Below are positions 60,361 to 64,000 of a stretch of DNA of 64,000 bases, piece after piece (position 1 is the stretch's first letter; each line of letters starts with the position of its first letter). Made by a program: the position numbers and the translations under genes. This DNA comes from a virus, in the IMG/VR virus record IMGVR_UViG_3300021962_000032; one strand, given 5' to 3'. The notes beneath the pieces were generated by a model. That model saw only the letters and a program-made list of their open reading frames with translations, had not been told where the DNA came from and made no database searches.

Positions 60361-60585
60361 TTATCCGAAAATAGGTTCAGTTCCGTACTCCCAATCATCA
60401 TAATCATCATCATTACGAATTTTTTCGTGAATTTCGTTCTGAGTTTTGAATTTATTCAAATTTTTTCTATTTTTTTCATGATCAACCTCTCTTAGAAGTT
60501 GATTTTCTTGATAATCAGTGATTAATTTTGTGGTTCCCCACATTTCTCTCATGTAATTTTGATCTCGATCCGATTGTTTGCCCAT
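60361..60585 (-). CDS. Hypothetical protein
   Basis: AGGAG SD; acidic C-terminus NDDDYDDWEY. Confidence 0.75.
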   Translation of the reverse strand: MGKQSDRDQNYMREMWGTTKLITDYQENQLLREVDHEKNRKNLNKFKTQNEIHEKIRNDDDYDDWEYGTEPIFG

Positions 60586-60616
60586 TTTTGCTCCTGATTG
60601 ACTAAATCAGAACTTT

Positions 60617-61081
60617 TTAAGGGGTTTCTATCCCTTTATCGAGCAAATTTATGTCCTCTTCCAAGATTTCCTTCAAATAATCGTTGGACCAGTAGTTGTA
60701 GTAGTTGGTTTTTGCCAAAATTTCACGAAATTTTCTTAATTTTTCTCTTGGTTGAGCTAAAATAAGGTTATACTTGCCATTATTTGATTGAATACCATTA
60801 ATATAGGTGTCATAGGAAGCACAATCTTCAAAAAACTTCCATTCTGAATACCTCTTATTATATATTTCTACCCACTTTTGCACTTCATCAAGGTTAAACT
60901 CATTTTCTACAACATAAATGAGTACTTCATAACCTTCAATTGGTATAATCTCACATGCTTTACACTCAATAATATCATATTTTGATTTTTTTGCAAAGGG
61001 ACAAATAGCAAATCCCCCAAGATCTGGTCTTAATTCAGAAACATGCTGAATCCATTGTAAAATATCGTTTCTTATAGTCAT
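60617..61081 (-). CDS. Hypothetical protein with CPFA motif (DUF1415-like N-terminus)
   Basis: W...V......LGGFAICPFA. Confidence 0.7.
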   Translation of the reverse strand: MTIRNDILQWIQHVSELRPDLGGFAICPFAKKSKYDIIECKACEIIPIEGYEVLIYVVENEFNLDEVQKWVEIYNKRYSEWKFFEDCASYDTYINGIQSNNGKYNLILAQPREKLRKFREILAKTNYYNYWSNDYLKEILEEDINLLDKGIETP

Positions 61082-61163
61082 AGAGAGACATTGGGGTATA
61101 GAGATATTTAATAGAGAGTAACGCGTAGCGGTGCTTTATATTCATAAGAATTCATAAAGACAC

Positions 61164-61187
61164 AAAAAAACAGGGGTTGCCCCCTGT
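61164..61187 (-). terminator. Intrinsic terminator
   Basis: ACAGGGG-GCAA-CCCCTGT plus T-run (GNRA loop). Confidence 0.88.
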
Positions 61188-61197
61188 AACTTTGTAA

Positions 61198-61344
61198 TTA
61201 TTTTCCTTGTCCCCTATATTTTTTTCTTGCCCTATTTCTACTTGTTGCAGCATACTTGGTATTTTTCCCTGCACCCTGTAGAGTTTTCTTGGGTATAGAT
61301 TCCAAGAACACTGTTCCGATTAGTGATTTTTTAACAGCAGCCAT
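61198..61344 (-). CDS. 48-aa very basic protein (not in ORF track)
   Basis: MAAVKKSLIG...SRNRARKKYRGQGK; GGAGG SD; TAATG coupling. Confidence 0.8.
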   Translation of the reverse strand: MAAVKKSLIGTVFLESIPKKTLQGAGKNTKYAATSRNRARKKYRGQGK

Positions 61345-61496
61345 TAGTCAATTGCCTCCAATTCAAGAAATTCTGGATCAAACTCTCCCTCATTATAAAA
61401 CTTTTCTGCCAGTTCGTCAAGGACTTCTGTAGATTGTTCATAGGAAAGGTCTTTGTGAATGATTCGACCCTTATACAGAATATTAAACTTTCTCAT
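61344..61496 (-). CDS. 50-aa acidic protein (not in ORF track)
   Basis: MRKFNILYKGRIIHKDLSYEQSTEVLDELAEKFYNEGEFDPEFLELEAID; fills the operon gap. Confidence 0.78.
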   Translation of the reverse strand: MRKFNILYKGRIIHKDLSYEQSTEVLDELAEKFYNEGEFDPEFLELEAID

Positions 61497-61502
61497 AAGA
61501 TA

Positions 61503-62384
61503 TCAGATAACTCGGGTTTTCTCATGTCCAACACGAATACGTGGATCACACCAGATTTCAAAACCAATGTCCTTTGCGTCGAGACAGAATGAAACATCTT
61601 CTCCGCACATATCTTGTACTGCACCGGATTCAAATACTTGCATCTTAGGAGCAAACCAAGGATACTTCATTTCTGGATGTTCAAATACACCATTCTTAAT
61701 CATCACCCAACCAAACCCAGTATAATCAACAGTGAATGGTTTCTTACGCTTACTGATGCCATCAACCATCTCATGATTCATCACACCTCCGTTATTGCGG
61801 AAGTCATCTTCATCCAACCAATGAGCAACAGAAGTGGTTCTTCCATCTTCTGTGCAATACCAACCAGCTGCAATGGGGTGATCCTTCTCAGGATTCACTT
61901 TTAATGATTTGGAGAATACGTTTCCATTTTGATCGAGTTTTTCTTCAAAAACTACAACCTCATTTCCATCTTCATCAGTTTCATAAACAACTGCATCATC
62001 GGGAAATGAAAGGTCACAGAGTTGCCAGAATTTCTCAGTGTTGAATACAATGTCACTATCGATCCAAAGTTGGTAATCATAAGGAAGTCGTCCATCCCAG
62101 GGAATCTGATCAGGTCCTCGGAGAACATTCGCACCTAAACACTTACAACGTGCAAAATTAACCATCGATGAGTAATCTTGAGAGATCTGAATACTCATGC
62201 CATTTTGCACAAGATCAAATGACAGTTGCACAAAAGATTTGAGAAATTGGAACGAGCATCCTCTGCCGGGCAAGCAGAAAACAATCGTCTTCCCTCTCAT
62301 GCGCTCTTTGATTCTGTCATAATTCCATTCTGGTCCATTATCAACCTGTGGGGGTTTTGCCTTTACCGTAAATCCTTTTGCCAT
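61503..62384 (-). CDS. GT-A fold (GT2-like) glycosyltransferase-like protein
   Basis: NFAR, WIDSDI (DxD), TGFGW, GEDVSFC, VGH. Confidence 0.75.
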   Translation of the reverse strand: MAKGFTVKAKPPQVDNGPEWNYDRIKERMRGKTIVFCLPGRGCSFQFLKSFVQLSFDLVQNGMSIQISQDYSSMVNFARCKCLGANVLRGPDQIPWDGRLPYDYQLWIDSDIVFNTEKFWQLCDLSFPDDAVVYETDEDGNEVVVFEEKLDQNGNVFSKSLKVNPEKDHPIAAGWYCTEDGRTTSVAHWLDEDDFRNNGGVMNHEMVDGISKRKKPFTVDYTGFGWVMIKNGVFEHPEMKYPWFAPKMQVFESGAVQDMCGEDVSFCLDAKDIGFEIWCDPRIRVGHEKTRVI

Positions 62385-62407
62385 AATAGTATCAATGTTC
62401 AGTTATA

Positions 62408-62436
62408 ATTTTAAAGTATTTTGATATAACAGTCAA
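62408..62436 (-). promoter_or_regulatory. sigma70-type promoter for the GT operon
   Basis: TTGACT-N17-TAAAAT. Confidence 0.7.
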
Positions 62437-62437
62437 G

Positions 62438-62635
62438 TCAATGAGAAGATTCTAATACTATTTTCTTATTGACTACGAGTTCCTCATAAGACAAATCAGC
62501 GACTTCATAATTACCCCCCAGCAATTCTGTGAGGTACTTTAATGTATCCCAATTTTTTTGAAATTCTTCTTCGGGCAAACTATGATATACACACTTACCT
62601 TTTAAGTAGATATGATAGATCTTCGTTTCACTCAT
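62438..62635 (-). CDS. Small hypothetical protein
   Basis: MSETKIYHIYLKGKCVYHSL...LSYEEL; start could be 62635 or 62656; CATAAATA at 62662-62669. Confidence 0.75.
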   Translation of the reverse strand: MSETKIYHIYLKGKCVYHSLPEEEFQKNWDTLKYLTELLGGNYEVADLSYEELVVNKKIVLESSH

Positions 62636-62694
62636 GAATCTTATTCGGTCTCTCACTGGGTTATTTATGAGGGGGGTCTGGGGGAATTTTTTAC

Positions 62695-62734
62695 CCTCGG
62701 AAATTTTTTTATGACCTCGGAAATTTTTTTATGA
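62695..62734. repeat. Tandem 20-bp repeat CCTCGGAAATTTTTTTATGA x2
   Basis: Exact adjacent copies; a partial third (GGAATTTTTTA) lies upstream. Confidence 0.9.
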
Positions 62735-62820
62735 GATTGATATATATCGACCCATTTTGAAGATTTGTAGGTTAGAAGGACCCATTAATTTTAGCTACGG
62801 GGATCGGGGGCATCGGCACC

Positions 62821-62931
62821 GACCGATAAGGACTGCTAATCAATCACGAAGGACCGATAAGGACTGCTGATCGATCACGAATGCTTATCAGTGCTCCGGC
62901 ATACCCATAAGAACTGCTGATGTATCACAAA
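62821..62931. repeat. Three 30-bp iteron-like direct repeats
   Basis: gaccgataaggactgctaatcaatcacgaa (62821), gaccgataaggactgctgatcgatcacgaa (62852), tacccataagaactgctgatgtatcacaaa (62902). Confidence 0.88.
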
Positions 62932-62950
62932 GGGGGCAATGTGTGCCCCC
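62929..62950 (-). terminator. Hairpin/terminator ending the early cassette array
   Basis: GGGGGCA-CACAT-TGCCCCC-TTTGT. Confidence 0.6.
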
Positions 62951-62964
62951 TAAGTATACCTAAC

Positions 62965-63231
62965 TCACACCTCGGTTTCGATAGCAACGAGGTTGCCATT
63001 TGCCCGTGCTTGTGCAATCAAACGACCGAGGGAGATACCCTTACAATCAGTGTAAGAGATGATCTCAGTGAGATCAGCACAGAACTCAGGATTGCTATTG
63101 AAACCGTAGGCACGTTCGGTGTTGCTTTGGAAGATCACCTCAACATAACCTTCCTGCTCAATGTGCAGGTTGTGGATTGCACTCGACTCCTCACGGGTGA
63201 AGGTGCGGTAGACGGGGGACAGGGTGCTCAT
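62965..63231 (-). CDS. 88-aa protein, KTSC-like
   Basis: ESSAI...VEVIFQS...Y...ISLGRLI resembles the KTSC pattern; start at 63231 after the cassette leader. Confidence 0.65.
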   Translation of the reverse strand: MSTLSPVYRTFTREESSAIHNLHIEQEGYVEVIFQSNTERAYGFNSNPEFCADLTEIISYTDCKGISLGRLIAQARANGNLVAIETEV

Positions 63232-63243
63232 GGTGCGTTGTGC

Positions 63244-63289
63244 GGTTGACTTGTTAATTGTAGCATGGATCGGGGGCAGTGGTGCCCCC
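63244..63289 (-). promoter_or_regulatory. Cassette module 1: GC hairpin + TACAAT + shared leader
   Basis: GGGGGCA-CCAC-TGCCCCC..ATGCTACAATTAACAAGTCAACC. Confidence 0.75.
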
Positions 63290-63296
63290 ATAAGGG

Positions 63297-63521
63297 TCAG
63301 GGTTCCAGGATGATCTGAGAGAAAGAACCCTTGCCGTGGGTTGCCTCGCACCATGCCTCGGCAGCAGCCTCCATTTCTTCGATCCACTCATCCTCAGTGC
63401 CGATGGCAAGGGTCTCAGCACTCACCTGGAGATCGACGTTTGCAACCCCGTTGGGGATCCAGTGACGGGCATCGGTGGGGAGGAAGAACTCGACGCAGAC
63501 GTTGACGGTGGTGGTTTCCAT
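63297..63521 (-). CDS. 74-aa acidic hypothetical protein
   Basis: METTTVNVCVEFFLP...; start follows the cassette leader and AAGGGA. Confidence 0.7.
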   Translation of the reverse strand: METTTVNVCVEFFLPTDARHWIPNGVANVDLQVSAETLAIGTEDEWIEEMEAAAEAWCEATHGKGSFSQIILEP

Positions 63522-63534
63522 GGGGTGTTCCCTT

Positions 63535-63587
63535 GGTTGACTTGTTAATTGTAGCATCCTGGAAGGGGGGATCGTGGATGATCCCCC
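63535..63587 (-). promoter_or_regulatory. Cassette module 2
   Basis: GGGGGATC-ATCCAC-GATCCCCC..ATGCTACAATTAACAAGTCAACC. Confidence 0.75.
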
Positions 63588-63600
63588 GTTTGTTCGCAAA

Positions 63601-63879
63601 TCAGAACATGGTGGCAACGATGCGGTCACGTTTGCGGATGCGGTTGCCCCAGATGAACCAGAGGTCCCGTTTGCCGGTCTTCTGGTTGCGGGTGGAACCC
63701 AGGATGCCCTGGTTCTCCATTTGCACCAGCACGGCATGGATCGTGCCTTTGTGCTCACGGGGGTTCAGACCCATGGCACGGGTGAGGTCGGAGAGGGTTT
63801 TGGGACCCTGCTGGATCAGGATGCCACGGGTGAAGACCCGCACGGGCAGGGTCAGGACGGGGGTGAGGTCGAAGGTCAT
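63601..63879 (-). CDS. 92-aa winged helix-turn-helix protein
   Basis: GPKTLSDLTRAMGL...KGTIHAVLVQMENQGIL...LWFI fits the wHTH pattern. Confidence 0.7.
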   Translation of the reverse strand: MTFDLTPVLTLPVRVFTRGILIQQGPKTLSDLTRAMGLNPREHKGTIHAVLVQMENQGILGSTRNQKTGKRDLWFIWGNRIRKRDRIVATMF

Positions 63880-63894
63880 GGGGTTGGTTCCCTT

Positions 63895-63942
63895 GGTTGA
63901 CTTGTTCAGTATAGGGCATGGGGAGGGGGCACTGCTGCCCCC
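63895..63942 (-). promoter_or_regulatory. Cassette module 3
   Basis: GGGGGCA-GCAG-TGCCCCC..TATACTGAACAAGTCAACC. Confidence 0.72.
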
Positions 63943-63963
63943 CGTGTGCAACTTAACGGACTG

Positions 63964-64000
63964 TCACACTCCCAGTGCTGCCCGCAGTTCCTTCTTGACT
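63964..64000 (-). CDS. 3' end of an upstream cassette gene (partial)
   Basis: ...VKKELRAALGV-stop just before module 3. Confidence 0.4.
   Translation of the reverse strand, partial: VKKELRAALGV

Noticed and set aside
62821-62931. CRISPR mini-array
   Set aside because: Gaps between repeats are 1 and 20 nt, repeats diverge, and there are no cas genes; better read as iterons.
62920-63900. Plus-strand ORFs and long N-terminal extensions in the GC-rich region
   Set aside because: Stops are rare in GC-rich DNA; the repeated leaders define shorter minus-strand genes starting at 63231, 63521 and 63879.
63246-63902. Plus-strand TTGACT in the cassette leaders as -35 boxes
   Set aside because: No -10-like hexamer 16-18 nt downstream in any copy.
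1-64000. tRNA genes, photosynthesis AMGs, stop-codon recoding, DGR
   Set aside because: No cloverleaf in the short intergenic gaps, no psbA/hli, genes read fully in the standard code with all three stops used, and no reverse transcriptase or TR/VR pair noticed.

Overview
This is a 64-kb slice of a T4-like myovirus genome, most likely a cyanophage (Kyanoviridae-like). The basis is gene order, hsp20 beside regA, giant VrlC/gp7-like baseplate proteins and cyanophage-type hypothetical genes. All credible genes lie on the minus strand. Read in transcription direction (right to left): (1) a GC-rich array of single-gene early cassettes with repeated hairpin/-10/leader modules (62965-64000); (2) an AT/GC boundary with T-tract and 30-bp iteron-like repeats (62670-62935); (3) small hypotheticals and a GT-A-like gene; (4) the baseplate/neck/tail/head block (gp25, 6, two gp7-like giants, 8, VrlC-like, 13, 14, 15, 16, 17, 18, 19, 20, 67-like, 21, 22, 23, 3); (5) uvsY, uvsW, gp55, 47, 46; (6) the replication operon 45-44-62-regA-43, interrupted by denV-like, dam, hsp20, FkbM and Sm-like genes. 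I saw no tRNA, CRISPR array, intron, intein or photosynthesis gene. Best leads: a ROSE-like RNA thermometer on hsp20; a late-promoter small RNA directly upstream of Sm-like paralogues; a modular protein between the terminase genes punctuated by prohead-protease sites (candidate polyprotein); an antisense sigma70 promoter upstream of gp55; and the cassette array with its adjacent iteron region. All family assignments come from motif recognition and synteny, not database searches.
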